From an uncultured bacterium (GTDB lineage Bacteria; Zhuqueibacterota; QNDG01; DSAB01): a stretch of DNA of 64,000 bases. The stretch is from the NCBI GenBank assembly GCA_964537715.1, contig CAZIAH010000005.1:4465-68464 (forward strand). The letters run 5' to 3'. Positions 47,566 through 57,441 of the stretch are shown in pieces. The notes beneath the pieces were generated by a model. It searched no databases. It was given only the letters and a program-made list of their open reading frames with translations, and was not told the DNA's origin. Numbering within the stretch: the first letter of the stretch is position 1; each line of letters starts with the position of its first letter. A program made the translations under genes and the position numbers.

Positions 47566-50537
47566 TGACCAATTCCTCGAGAATTATAAACTTCGATTTC
47601 CACAATGCCCAACATGCCTTTACCTTCGTTTTCACGCATGGAAATTTCGGCTGCCTGTTTTGCAGGATCGAGTTCCTCATACTCGTAGCCGTCCTTGTCA
47701 GAATGGGTGCCTGTTAATTCAATTTTTAAATGCTTGCCTTTTGCACTATGACACGAAATTGTAATGTAACCAAGGCTTTTGTCTGTATTCCCTGCATATA
47801 CTTGTTTACCATCAACGCTCATACGAACCGGATAGGTGCGACGACGCCAGTTATCAAGCTTCAGAACGACTTCATCAATTTTAGAAGGCGTATCAAATTC
47901 ATATTCAATCCACCCGGTTTTAATATTTCCATCGTTCGTCCATTTTGTCAGTTCATTATCGTCATAAGAGAAACGAGTTTGTTCAGGATTTGAACCGGCA
48001 GTTGCACTAATAATTTTAACTGGATCGCGGGTTACTTTGAATGATTGTCCCGCAGGTGTTGGTCCACGGTCGAGATAAGAAGCCAATTCAGTTCCCGGAA
48101 TATTTTCCGACAATCCGTCCACCACTTTGACCGGGTTGGTTTTAATCTGAATGGAAGCAGATTCGAGACCAGGTGATTTTGCTGACAGTTTAATTATACC
48201 GGGTTTCGTGGCTGAGCGAATAAGAATACGATTGACACCTAATTCAACAGGTAAAGTTTTCGACAGGATATAATTGTCCGGTCCCTGGGCAATTCCCCCA
48301 AGCCATTCGGCAGGTCCTTCAAGTTCAAAGTCAATCTTATTAAAAGCGATGGGATTACGGTCTCCATTTTTGTCAACCACTTCCACATCAACCAGAACCA
48401 GATCAGCACCATTGGCCAGCATGCCACCAGGTGCAACGTGGGGAGTTAATTTTATCTTTACAGGATCGCCTGTCGTTTTCTTTTGTGCTGAGCAAAGCTT
48501 ATTACCATCTTTGTCATAACCGATCGCTTCAATTTTGCCCGGCTTAAATTCAACATCTTTAAACATATAGAGAAATCGATATTGCTGTTTGCCAAATCCC
48601 AAAGATTGACCATTGACAAACAGCTCAACCTTGTCCGCGCTGGATGCCACATAAATATCCTTAACCACACCTGTTTGATAATTCCAGTGTCCCATAATAT
48701 GAATCCGCGGGACTTCATTTTCCACCCAGCCATCCCACATCACCTGGTTGCAGAAATAATTGTCCTTCGGAATACGCATGGGATCAACCTCACCGCTACG
48801 GCGATAGTTTTCAGCGCCGCGATGGTGCGTATTTGTGTCCGAAAATATGATATTTACACCACCGGCACTCACACGTTTGCCTGTTCCAGGACGCGCCAGC
48901 CAATAGTCATACCAGCGCATGATATCTTCAATAGCATGTGAATCCTGGTTGCGATTGTACCGGTAAGCCGGTTTGTTGCGATATAAAGGGCCTTCGCCAT
49001 CTTTGTGATAGGGCGGACTATATTCATCCCAGTACTTTCTCAACCCTTCATCCCGGGAATATTCCATCGCCCAAAATGGAATACCCGCGCTTTTGTTAAT
49101 ATAGAGCATTTCACCGCCATATTCGGCGACTTGACTATCAAGCATTTCACGGGAACCGATGGCACGACCTCCATAAGGATCGTATTGGTCGCGGAGATCT
49201 TTTAATTCCTGCATATGTTTTTCAGAGATAGACTTGTTGCCCCCCTCAAAAAAAAGGATGCTTGGATTGTTGCGGTTGTAAATAATCGCATCGCGCATCA
49301 ATTCCACACGTTGTTCCCATTGCCTTCCGTTCACATCACTTTCGGCGTCTCCCGCAGGCATCGCTTCAATCAATCCCACCCGGTCACAAGATTCGACATC
49401 CTGTTTCCAGGGAGTGACATGCATCCAACGCACTAAATTTCCATTTCCCACCACAATCAACCGATTGCTAAAATCGCTGAGCCATGGGGGCACCGACATC
49501 CCCACAGCCGGCCATTCGTTGCTTGTGCGCTGGGCATATCCCTTCACCATCAGTACTCTGTCATTGAGGCGAATCAAGCCGTTTCCAAACTCGGTTTTAC
49601 GGAATCCGGTTCGTGTCTTGACCTCATCCACCGTTTCGCCCTTAATTTTTAAACGGGTGAATACGTCATAAAGATAGCCATACCCCCAACTCCAGAAGTG
49701 TAGATCGTCGACTTCAGCGCTGGCCTTAACCGTCTTTGTGCCACCGGGAGAAACCAAAGTTTGCCCGCCATTGATGGTTTTTATGATATGGCCTTCCATA
49801 TCTTTGATTACTGCTTCAAACTCAAACGTTTTGGCTGCGGGATATTCATTTCTGGCTTGTGCCGTTGCAGTAACTGTTGCTTTACGGGCCTGTATGTTAA
49901 TATCCCGCGCGAAAATATAAACACCTTCAGTACCCAGCGTGGAATATAACGGCAGTGTCTGGTACAATTTGTCTGTGACATGAAGCCATACATTCTTTGG
50001 GATGCCGCCATAATTCGCATTGAAGTTATCATTATTCCATTGGAATAGTGTATTGTAATATTTTTCTTTGTAGTTCCAATCATTGTCTATGCGGACGGCT
50101 ATGACATTTTCTGCAGGATATGATTTTATGAGGTCAGTTATGTCAAATCCAAACGCCATCACACCATTTTCATGCCGTCCGATAAAAATGCCATTGAGAT
50201 AAAATTTCCCGTCCTGTCTTATCCCCTCAAATTCCAGGAATACTTTTTTTCCCTTATTTGATTCAGGGATTTTAAAATGCTTCCGATACCAGGCAATACC
50301 TGTGGATAAATTATGAATATCAAGTTTGAACGCTTCTTCCTGATTCCAGGCATAGGGCAGGCTGACCGATTTCCAATCGCTATCGTTAAAGTCAGTACTT
50401 TCAGCACCTTTAGGATCGCCGACAACTATTTTCCAATTCGGATTAAAGTTGTATTTCACCCGATTGTTTGCGAATAAAATTGTAGTCACAAAAAAGCAAA
50501 TTACAAAAAATAATAATATTTGTAATGCTTTTGGCAT
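47562..50537 (-). CDS. GH2 glycoside hydrolase with C-terminal F5/8-type C (discoidin-like) domain, secreted
   Basis: 991 aa. Signal peptide. GH2 sugar-binding domain signature NFNPNWKIVVGDP..FNDSDWKSVSLPYAWN, AWYRKHF and LEFEG. C-terminal galactose-binding-like region. Confidence 0.75.
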   Translation of the reverse strand: MPKALQILLFFVICFFVTTILFANNRVKYNFNPNWKIVVGDPKGAESTDFNDSDWKSVSLPYAWNQEEAFKLDIHNLSTGIAWYRKHFKIPESNKGKKVFLEFEGIRQDGKFYLNGIFIGRHENGVMAFGFDITDLIKSYPAENVIAVRIDNDWNYKEKYYNTLFQWNNDNFNANYGGIPKNVWLHVTDKLYQTLPLYSTLGTEGVYIFARDINIQARKATVTATAQARNEYPAAKTFEFEAVIKDMEGHIIKTINGGQTLVSPGGTKTVKASAEVDDLHFWSWGYGYLYDVFTRLKIKGETVDEVKTRTGFRKTEFGNGLIRLNDRVLMVKGYAQRTSNEWPAVGMSVPPWLSDFSNRLIVVGNGNLVRWMHVTPWKQDVESCDRVGLIEAMPAGDAESDVNGRQWEQRVELMRDAIIYNRNNPSILFFEGGNKSISEKHMQELKDLRDQYDPYGGRAIGSREMLDSQVAEYGGEMLYINKSAGIPFWAMEYSRDEGLRKYWDEYSPPYHKDGEGPLYRNKPAYRYNRNQDSHAIEDIMRWYDYWLARPGTGKRVSAGGVNIIFSDTNTHHRGAENYRRSGEVDPMRIPKDNYFCNQVMWDGWVENEVPRIHIMGHWNYQTGVVKDIYVASSADKVELFVNGQSLGFGKQQYRFLYMFKDVEFKPGKIEAIGYDKDGNKLCSAQKKTTGDPVKIKLTPHVAPGGMLANGADLVLVDVEVVDKNGDRNPIAFNKIDFELEGPAEWLGGIAQGPDNYILSKTLPVELGVNRILIRSATKPGIIKLSAKSPGLESASIQIKTNPVKVVDGLSENIPGTELASYLDRGPTPAGQSFKVTRDPVKIISATAGSNPEQTRFSYDDNELTKWTNDGNIKTGWIEYEFDTPSKIDEVVLKLDNWRRRTYPVRMSVDGKQVYAGNTDKSLGYITISCHSAKGKHLKIELTGTHSDKDGYEYEELDPAKQAAEISMRENEGKGMLGIVEIEVYNSRGIGQ

Positions 50538-50574
50538 TAGCTACTCCATGAAACACCAAAGTGTTTCAGCAGAA

Positions 50575-52191
50575 TTATTGTGGTTCAACAACTTTTAAAT
50601 ATTTCTTTAAATCGAGTCCTTCGGTTGATTTTATCACTTCTGAAATAATTGCCGCATTCACCTGGGCTCCCGCCGCATTGGTATGTGTGGTTTCATCTCC
50701 GTCAAAATAGAGGGCAGTTACCCGTTCCTTACCAATATGATCATAATGATCGGCTATTAACTTATTCAAGGGGATAAAATATGCTCCTTCCTGCTCGGCC
50801 GCTTGTTCAGCCCATTGGGCATAGCTGTCCACTGAACGATTGATTTTGCCATCAGTCCAGTGGTTGCGTGGAATGAGCGAACACACAATAGGTGTGGCGC
50901 CTTTGGCTTTGATTTCTTTTATATATTGGCGTATGTACCAGCCGTAGCTATGCACAATTTCGTGTTCGCCGGTGAGCATATTATCGATTTCTTCGGTCTC
51001 TTCGCCGTTACCTTTAATAGTACCGCGCGCGCGGCGATCATCGTTAATCGTACTGGAATCATTATGTCCGAATTGCATGATAACAAAATCACCCTTTTTT
51101 AATTTGGGATAGACTTTGTCCCAAAATCCCAGGCTTCGAAAGGTACGGCTACTCGTGCCACCCCAGGCTTTGTTTTCGACATTCAGACGGGTCCGATCGA
51201 AAAAGTCCGCAATAGGTGCTCCCCAACCCCATTGGCCATTGGAGCCATCTCCTTTCGTACCGTTCCTGACGGTAGAGTTACCAATTGTATAGAGTGTAGG
51301 CTTTGTAGGTTCTGATACTGGCTGTACATCCGGCATCCATGGGGCAGTCAACCAATTCTTTACCTGCTCTACCATCACATTTGGGCCATATGCATTGACA
51401 CTTTGCCCAAGGTCAGACAGCATTTGAGTTAGTGGACTCTTTACCGCTTTCAGCCCGGAAACAAGGATGGCTGCGTTAAGAAAGGCGCCTTCCGGCTTAT
51501 TGTGGGTATGGTCTTTAGGAAAAAATTCCCTGACGCGAATGGGCCCAAGTAGTTCATACTGGTCCGCGATCATATTACGCAGATCAATGAATGTGACCTG
51601 AGTACCTACGGCGACTTCTTTGGCTAGGGTACAAAAAATGTTTTGTCGTTCTATCTTTCCATCAGGCCAGACATTGCGGGCTGTCATGCTCAGTACAATG
51701 GGAATAGCGCCCTTTTCTTTTGTTTCATTAATCATTTTACGCATGTACCAGCCAAATGTATGGACAATCTCGTGTTTTCCGGTTTTTAAATTATCTATCT
51801 CAAGAGTTTCATCTCCCAGGCTTGGAATAGAACCTCGTGCCCTGCTGCTGTCATTAATCTGACCGGCGTCGTTATGACCAAATTGAATCAGAACATAGTC
51901 ACCCGGTCTGAGTTCACTATGGATATCTTCCCACAAACCTTCAGTTATAAACGTACGGCTACTACGGCCGGCTTTCGCCATATTTACAACCGTCAATTTT
52001 TCTGAATCAAAATATTTTTGCAGGTGACTGCCCCAACCATTCTCCGCTTCGTTTTTTGCGGTAGAATTTCCGGCAATGAATAACTTAGTTCCATTGTTAT
52101 CGGATTGTATTGATGTTTTTTGAGATGTTGCTGATACATCCGCCAGAGTACTGAACAGAAAACCCATTAAAAAGCAAATAAACCAATGCAT
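50575..52191 (-). CDS. Tandem two-domain SGNH hydrolase, CE12 rhamnogalacturonan acetylesterase-like
   Basis: 538 aa. Two homologous halves. Each has the Ser block (LFIAGNSTAKN..GWGS / LYTIGNSTVRN..GWGWGA), a GHND block (IQFGHNDAG / MQFGHNDSS) and a D..H block (DHTHN / DETTHTN). Confidence 0.75.
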   Translation of the reverse strand: MHWFICFLMGFLFSTLADVSATSQKTSIQSDNNGTKLFIAGNSTAKNEAENGWGSHLQKYFDSEKLTVVNMAKAGRSSRTFITEGLWEDIHSELRPGDYVLIQFGHNDAGQINDSSRARGSIPSLGDETLEIDNLKTGKHEIVHTFGWYMRKMINETKEKGAIPIVLSMTARNVWPDGKIERQNIFCTLAKEVAVGTQVTFIDLRNMIADQYELLGPIRVREFFPKDHTHNKPEGAFLNAAILVSGLKAVKSPLTQMLSDLGQSVNAYGPNVMVEQVKNWLTAPWMPDVQPVSEPTKPTLYTIGNSTVRNGTKGDGSNGQWGWGAPIADFFDRTRLNVENKAWGGTSSRTFRSLGFWDKVYPKLKKGDFVIMQFGHNDSSTINDDRRARGTIKGNGEETEEIDNMLTGEHEIVHSYGWYIRQYIKEIKAKGATPIVCSLIPRNHWTDGKINRSVDSYAQWAEQAAEQEGAYFIPLNKLIADHYDHIGKERVTALYFDGDETTHTNAAGAQVNAAIISEVIKSTEGLDLKKYLKVVEPQ

Positions 52192-52330
52192 TTGTATACT
52201 TATTATTAATTTTATATTTTTTATTTCTATTATTTATTCTCAATTAACGGAGAAGGATTTATGACCACTAATAGTATCGAGGACACAGACTCCCTTCGTC
52301 CCGCATGCGGGATTAGGACAGGTTTGATCA

Positions 52331-52384
52331 CAATAAAAACAGAATTGCCTGTTGTTAATTGGTTTTATACCAATCAACAACAGG
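52331..52384 (-). terminator. Rho-independent terminator downstream of the beta-helix T9SS protein gene
   Basis: 16-bp stem cctgttgttaattggt / accaatcaacaacagg (one mismatch), 5-nt loop. It is followed on the minus strand by caauucUGUUUUUAUU. Confidence 0.5.
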
Positions 52385-52414
52385 CGTTAAGTAAATACTA
52401 CCGAGAGTATTCCC

Positions 52415-54121
52415 TTACTTGAGCAGCATTAATTTCTTGCTCATTACAGTATTACCTGATTTTAGTCTATATAAATATAGACCGCTAGGTAAATGTGTTG
52501 CGTTGAATTCCACAGTATAGCTGCCAGCCAAACGATATTCATCAACGAGTGTTGTAACAGCCTGTCCCGTAAGATTATAAACAACCAGCTTCACTTTGCC
52601 ATTTACAGGAACCGTAAAGCGAATATTGGTAGTCGGGTTAAATGGGTTAGGATAGTTTTGGGCGAGGTCAAAAACTCTGGCTACCTTAGCACCTTTTTTA
52701 ACTGACACGACATCTTCAGGCTTTATTTTCGCTGATTCTTCATCACCAGGAACATAAACATACGTTGCATTTACCATTGAATCCCGCAATGCTGCAATAT
52801 ATGCATCTCTGTTAGCCAGATAAGTGGCTTTGTCATTCGGGTACCAGTTTAAGTCACCAAGTGGCAGTCCATCCGTACCGGCTGTCTGCAGATAGGTATT
52901 TGAATAGCTTAAATCCATATCCGGCGGCCAGTTTAAAGTTGGCAGACCAGTAGTTGGATCCCAGGTTACAGGTGGTGTAATACGCCAATCCGGGTAATGA
53001 GTCTCGTCTGTCCAATTAGCCAAATCCCATCCACACATACTATCGATTTTACTCGGATCATTAGTAAACCCGATATCAAATTGCCAGTAGTTTTTACCTA
53101 TTGTAAAGTTATCATCTTCAGTAATAGTCGTGTCAACACCTGTATCCCATAAAAAACATTGAATTACATGAGCAGAATCATCCGCCCTTAGAGGGTTAAT
53201 TGTATTGTCCCAATATTCTGGAAAAGCAGGATCCAGATAAAATAAGTTGCTTCCTTCATATAGTGAAAGAGAATCAAGTTGATTTTCTACATCATAAAAA
53301 TGATCCCATGTTGTAAAAGGTGCTTCATAATGGTTAGTCCTTAAATCACGTCCTCTCCAGCTCCAGTTATAATAAATATTGTTTGCCTGTAGCCCTTCTA
53401 ACCAATGAAGTTCATGACCGTTTACCTGTTGATTACAAACGGTATTATGTATCTCGGTCATTTTTGAAGTAAAAAAGTTACCGCCATTACCCAGCATTCT
53501 AGCTGCATTAAAAACGGTATTATTTTCGAACGTTAGCTGCGTACAGGCAGCATCCAAACGGAAAGGCATACCTCCAAATGGTGAACCGCCCCTTCGATCA
53601 CCATTTATAAAAACACAGTTGGTAATCGTGATTTCATCAGTTGGACCTGTACTTCTAGTACAGTGATCTCTATGGTCGGAGAATGCGCAATTATCCCACA
53701 CAATTTTGTAACCACCGTAATTGCGAACAAAAGATGAGATATTTACATCATTGGGATGAAGTCCAGTTAGTAGGATATTTTTTAGCGTTGCACTTCCTCC
53801 TTCTCTAAGGTTAATCATATCTCTTGCCGAGCCGTCAGATGCAGGTGTTTGGAAAAATACAGGCGGTGTGGCGTCATGCAATATCCAGCCATTATCAGGA
53901 CCTTCTATTACCAAGTCAAAATCACATTCTAAAGTCCCGTCAAAAGCATAGTATGTACCGCTTTCTACTTTATAAACTGAGTGCGCCTGTGTACCATCTG
54001 CCAGTGTGTCTGCATTAATTTGCGCATTGACAAACTGCTGTGGATCAAGTGTTAATTCCTGGGCTGCGACAGTTCCAAGCCCTAAAAAAAATACCAGCAT
54101 TATTGTCATTAATTTGTTCAT
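52415..54121 (-). CDS. Secreted beta-helix-like protein of unknown function with T9SS CTD
   Basis: ORF 52415..54133. ATG 54121 is preceded by ATGGAGGATGTG (SD GGAGGA) and gives MNKLMTIMLVFFLGLGTVAA. Asn/Gly/Thr-rich coil repeats (ITITNCVFINGD, TFENNTVFNA). C-terminal LAQNYPNPFNPTTNIRFTV tail. Confidence 0.4.
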   Translation of the reverse strand: MNKLMTIMLVFFLGLGTVAAQELTLDPQQFVNAQINADTLADGTQAHSVYKVESGTYYAFDGTLECDFDLVIEGPDNGWILHDATPPVFFQTPASDGSARDMINLREGGSATLKNILLTGLHPNDVNISSFVRNYGGYKIVWDNCAFSDHRDHCTRSTGPTDEITITNCVFINGDRRGGSPFGGMPFRLDAACTQLTFENNTVFNAARMLGNGGNFFTSKMTEIHNTVCNQQVNGHELHWLEGLQANNIYYNWSWRGRDLRTNHYEAPFTTWDHFYDVENQLDSLSLYEGSNLFYLDPAFPEYWDNTINPLRADDSAHVIQCFLWDTGVDTTITEDDNFTIGKNYWQFDIGFTNDPSKIDSMCGWDLANWTDETHYPDWRITPPVTWDPTTGLPTLNWPPDMDLSYSNTYLQTAGTDGLPLGDLNWYPNDKATYLANRDAYIAALRDSMVNATYVYVPGDEESAKIKPEDVVSVKKGAKVARVFDLAQNYPNPFNPTTNIRFTVPVNGKVKLVVYNLTGQAVTTLVDEYRLAGSYTVEFNATHLPSGLYLYRLKSGNTVMSKKLMLLK

Positions 54122-54138
54122 CACATCCTCCATTTTAT

Positions 54139-54305
54139 GTGTTAGATTAGCTGTTTACGAAATTGGTTCCTCTAATCTATTACAATTAATTCTATATCAC
54201 ATATCACCTCCTTCATGCTTTTAGTTTTGAGCGTGTTAGATTAGCCGATTACGAAATTGGTTCCTCTAATCTGTTACAATTAATTCTATGTCACATATCA
54301 CCTCC
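54139..54305 (-). repeat. Two 73-bp direct repeats (about 90% identical) separated by 21 bp, in the 5' leader of the beta-helix gene, each with an internal 8-bp-stem hairpin
   Basis: Copy 1 54139-54211, copy 2 54233-54305. Each contains TAGATTAG...CTAATCTA (stem) around a 21-nt loop. In gene orientation each begins GGAGGTGATATGTGA (SD-ATG-TGA). The same GGAGG..ATG architecture reappears at the true start 54121. Confidence 0.8.
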
Positions 54306-54342
54306 TGTATACTTAAGGTTTGAATGGAAAATATATATATTG

Positions 54343-57339
54343 TTAAAACGTATAACGAATCCCTAAGTCTGCAGTTCGTCCATAATATTCCACCGCAGAC
54401 AATTTTTCCAAAACACTTACAAATTGGCGATCCGGTCTGTTGGTAATGTTGTTTACATTCAAATATAATTGAAGTCCTTCAATCCAGGGAAGTTTTTGGT
54501 AAGCTGTAAAATCCCATCTGTAATAAGGAGCTGTATATGAATCAAGTTCTTGATAAGTTGGATCTGCCTTTCTTAAAACATTGTCCTGGTATAAAAATGA
54601 TAACCGCGCTGAAAAACCGCCAATATCATAACCCAATGTTAAGTTCAGGATATCATCCGGTTGATTGATCAACCTGCCTGTCCGGGTTGTATCTACGGTT
54701 GTATATGTATAAAATGGGAAAACACCTGTTTTCTTTGTGTAGTAATATGGATAGCGCGTTTCAGACTTAATGTGCGTATAATTAATGTTGAAAACCAAAC
54801 CCCTAAGGTAGGAGGGAAGGTACCAAAAGTTGGTCTGCCAGTCTAACTCAATACCCCTTACGTAAGAGGTTTCCTCCAAATTAGTCCAGGTATGAATTTC
54901 TGGAGCTTCACTCCCCGATTGGGGTAATTGAAACCTGTTATGAATCTTTGAAGCATCTGTAGTTTTATACTTAATAGAAACAATTAAATTATCTATTTCT
55001 TTATAAAAGAATCCTGCTGTGAATAACCCGATATGATTTTCATATACCGAAGCATAAATATCATAATTTTGAGTTAATGCAGGCTTTATATATGGATTGC
55101 CTAAGCGTACTACTACCGGAATGGCATACGTATCAGCAAACAAATAAGGAGAAACAGCGCGGTAATCCGGGTATATTATACTTTTAGTACTTGCTAACCG
55201 TATATCAAACCAGTCTGTCGGTTTAATACGCATTTGCATCTGCGGAAACCAGTTTTCTGCTTTTGTAGAATCCCAATGTAATTCTGCATAGTCATAATAA
55301 TACTCACCTGGCGTTGTCAATCGACCAAATACAAATGTAGAATCTGCAGTATAATCGAAATTAAATTTTTCGTATCTTACTCCAGGCAATAATGTAATAT
55401 ATTTACTAATATTCAATTCCGACATAAGATAAAATGCATAGTAATCTCGAGTATAATGATAATCATATTGAGTTGATTGTTGCGGCCATGGAAGATAATA
55501 GCCAGATTCCTTGGCTAATTCTTCCAAATGATGCATTTTCCAAACTGAAACTTTGTTGTAGAAGATATCACTACTAACACCCTCTTTACCTGAAAGAAAA
55601 TCGCCGATATCATAATTCGGATCCGCAAATAAAGAAGCTTTTATACCATTATCATCTGCCTTCATACCAAGGTCTGGCCATAAAGTTTCCCTCAATAGAG
55701 TATTAAAATCTAGTGAAAGCCCTCCCCTATCTGTATCAAGTCCCCATTGCGTCTCATCATTTTTTCTTGTATTACGTACATATTTACCACCCAACTTAAG
55801 GTTACCTGCCAAATAACTTGAAAAAGTAAAAGGCACTTTAAAATTGAGCACAGCCGATTGCGCAGTTTCATCAACATCCCGCTTCAGAGTAGATAAGTTA
55901 TTTAGGATTTTATCTTTACTTATAATTTGAGCATGATTTAGTAATACACTCGGTGATACCTTATTCTCTTTACCGCTTATAACTGAATCTGGATCCCATC
56001 CTTTTGTCCCGCCTGATCTGGTTCTAAAATCTAATGTTAAATCGCCAGGAGTGCGTTGCTTTGTAATTGAATTTGAAAGTGAAAAATCCATGCTAATGTT
56101 AAAAAATTCAAATTCACCTTGAAGTGCATTGCTGATTACGGTATTTGTAAATTCCCTGTCATATCCATAACCTCTCCAATCATAATCAGAAGTTAAATAA
56201 TTTCTCTGTTCTGTTTGAGTCTGATGTATACTACTTATAAAATTATTCATTAACAATGATCCGTTTGAAAATTGGTAATCTAAAACCAGGCTGCCGCCGG
56301 CTCTTTTTCTATCTGTAACTAGATCATTTATGGTAACATTAGACAGGTAGGTCGGAAGAAGTCCATTCACTCTTTTATCTTCTTCATTTGTCTTATAAAC
56401 GGCTGTTAATGAATCGGAGCTTCTATTGTATTTATCCAGGAAACCCGAAAGCTGTACGCCTAACTTGTTATCAAAAAAACGGTTGCTAAGCAATCCATTA
56501 GCCCTGTAATTGCCATAAGTATCTGCTAATGATCCGTATCCATCCTGTATAGAAAACTTACTATGAAATCCTTTGGCAGCTTTGCTTATTTTAAGATTAA
56601 CTATTCCTCCAACAGCATCGGCATCCATATCAGCGGTCAGCACTTTGATCACTTCAATGCCGGAAAGTATATTGGGCGAGATCATATTCAGGTCTGTACT
56701 CCGGTCATCACGGTCAGTAGATTCCATCCGGACATTATTAACCATCATCACGTTATATTTTGGTGAAAGCCCACGAATAGTAACCTTTTGTCCTTCTCCA
56801 CCATCCCTGACCAACGATACTCCTGGTAATCGACTTACTGATTCCGCAGCATTTGCATCAGGCACGTCCTGTATACGATCCGCAGCAACTATATTTGTTA
56901 TTGTCCTAGCTGATATTTGCTGGTTAATTGCAGCCATCTGTCCGTCAGCCTGAGCAGTTATTTCGACCGCTTCACCTTTTATAGCTGCATACTCCAGTTC
57001 AATAGTTTGAGTTTTAACCTCGCCTTCTTTGATAACTATCGGCAACTTTACTTCTTTGTACCCGATGTATGTAACAACAATGGTATAGGTACCGGGCCAA
57101 ATATTGGGGATATAATACTCACCGTGCATATCCGTTGCAGATCCTATGGATGTCCCTTCCAACAAAACATTGGCGCCAGGTAAAGGTTCGCTTGTTACTT
57201 TGTCCAGAACAACACCGGTAATTCGACAGGATCCGGCTGCCTGAACATGAGTCGCCCCTAAAAAGAATACTGTAAAAAGGACAGTGCAGATCAATCCTTT
57301 CAAGTACAAAGAGCGTTTAGAATGGTAAATAGCTTTCAT
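54343..57339 (-). CDS. TonB-dependent outer-membrane receptor with N-terminal carboxypeptidase-regulatory-like domain (no SusD partner)
   Basis: 998 aa. Signal peptide. CarbopepD_reg-like region ITGVVLDKVTSEPLPGANVLLEGTSIGSATDMHGEYYIPNIWPGTYTIVVTYIGYK. Plug region. Beta-barrel ending in a terminal F (GIRYTF). SD GTGAGGGAAAGG before the ATG. Confidence 0.85.
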   Translation of the reverse strand: MKAIYHSKRSLYLKGLICTVLFTVFFLGATHVQAAGSCRITGVVLDKVTSEPLPGANVLLEGTSIGSATDMHGEYYIPNIWPGTYTIVVTYIGYKEVKLPIVIKEGEVKTQTIELEYAAIKGEAVEITAQADGQMAAINQQISARTITNIVAADRIQDVPDANAAESVSRLPGVSLVRDGGEGQKVTIRGLSPKYNVMMVNNVRMESTDRDDRSTDLNMISPNILSGIEVIKVLTADMDADAVGGIVNLKISKAAKGFHSKFSIQDGYGSLADTYGNYRANGLLSNRFFDNKLGVQLSGFLDKYNRSSDSLTAVYKTNEEDKRVNGLLPTYLSNVTINDLVTDRKRAGGSLVLDYQFSNGSLLMNNFISSIHQTQTEQRNYLTSDYDWRGYGYDREFTNTVISNALQGEFEFFNISMDFSLSNSITKQRTPGDLTLDFRTRSGGTKGWDPDSVISGKENKVSPSVLLNHAQIISKDKILNNLSTLKRDVDETAQSAVLNFKVPFTFSSYLAGNLKLGGKYVRNTRKNDETQWGLDTDRGGLSLDFNTLLRETLWPDLGMKADDNGIKASLFADPNYDIGDFLSGKEGVSSDIFYNKVSVWKMHHLEELAKESGYYLPWPQQSTQYDYHYTRDYYAFYLMSELNISKYITLLPGVRYEKFNFDYTADSTFVFGRLTTPGEYYYDYAELHWDSTKAENWFPQMQMRIKPTDWFDIRLASTKSIIYPDYRAVSPYLFADTYAIPVVVRLGNPYIKPALTQNYDIYASVYENHIGLFTAGFFYKEIDNLIVSIKYKTTDASKIHNRFQLPQSGSEAPEIHTWTNLEETSYVRGIELDWQTNFWYLPSYLRGLVFNINYTHIKSETRYPYYYTKKTGVFPFYTYTTVDTTRTGRLINQPDDILNLTLGYDIGGFSARLSFLYQDNVLRKADPTYQELDSYTAPYYRWDFTAYQKLPWIEGLQLYLNVNNITNRPDRQFVSVLEKLSAVEYYGRTADLGIRYTF

Positions 57340-57441
57340 GGCCTTTCCCTCACTTTTCTTAGTATGTAATAAATATTAGGTTTTTTTATATGAAAAAAAT
57401 TCAACATTTGTATGATTTCCGTTCAGTTAATACATTTTAAT

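Noticed and set aside
52249-52392. 47-aa plus-strand ORF with SD (GGAGAAGG) in the CE12/beta-helix intergenic region
   Set aside because: It overlaps the inferred minus-strand terminator hairpin. No conserved features. It is probably fortuitous, though a small protein cannot be excluded.
57340-57441. Sigma70-like promoter upstream of the TonB-receptor gene (TTGAAT ... TAATAT)
   Set aside because: The spacer would be 20 nt. No convincing -35/-10 pair at canonical spacing. Left uncalled.
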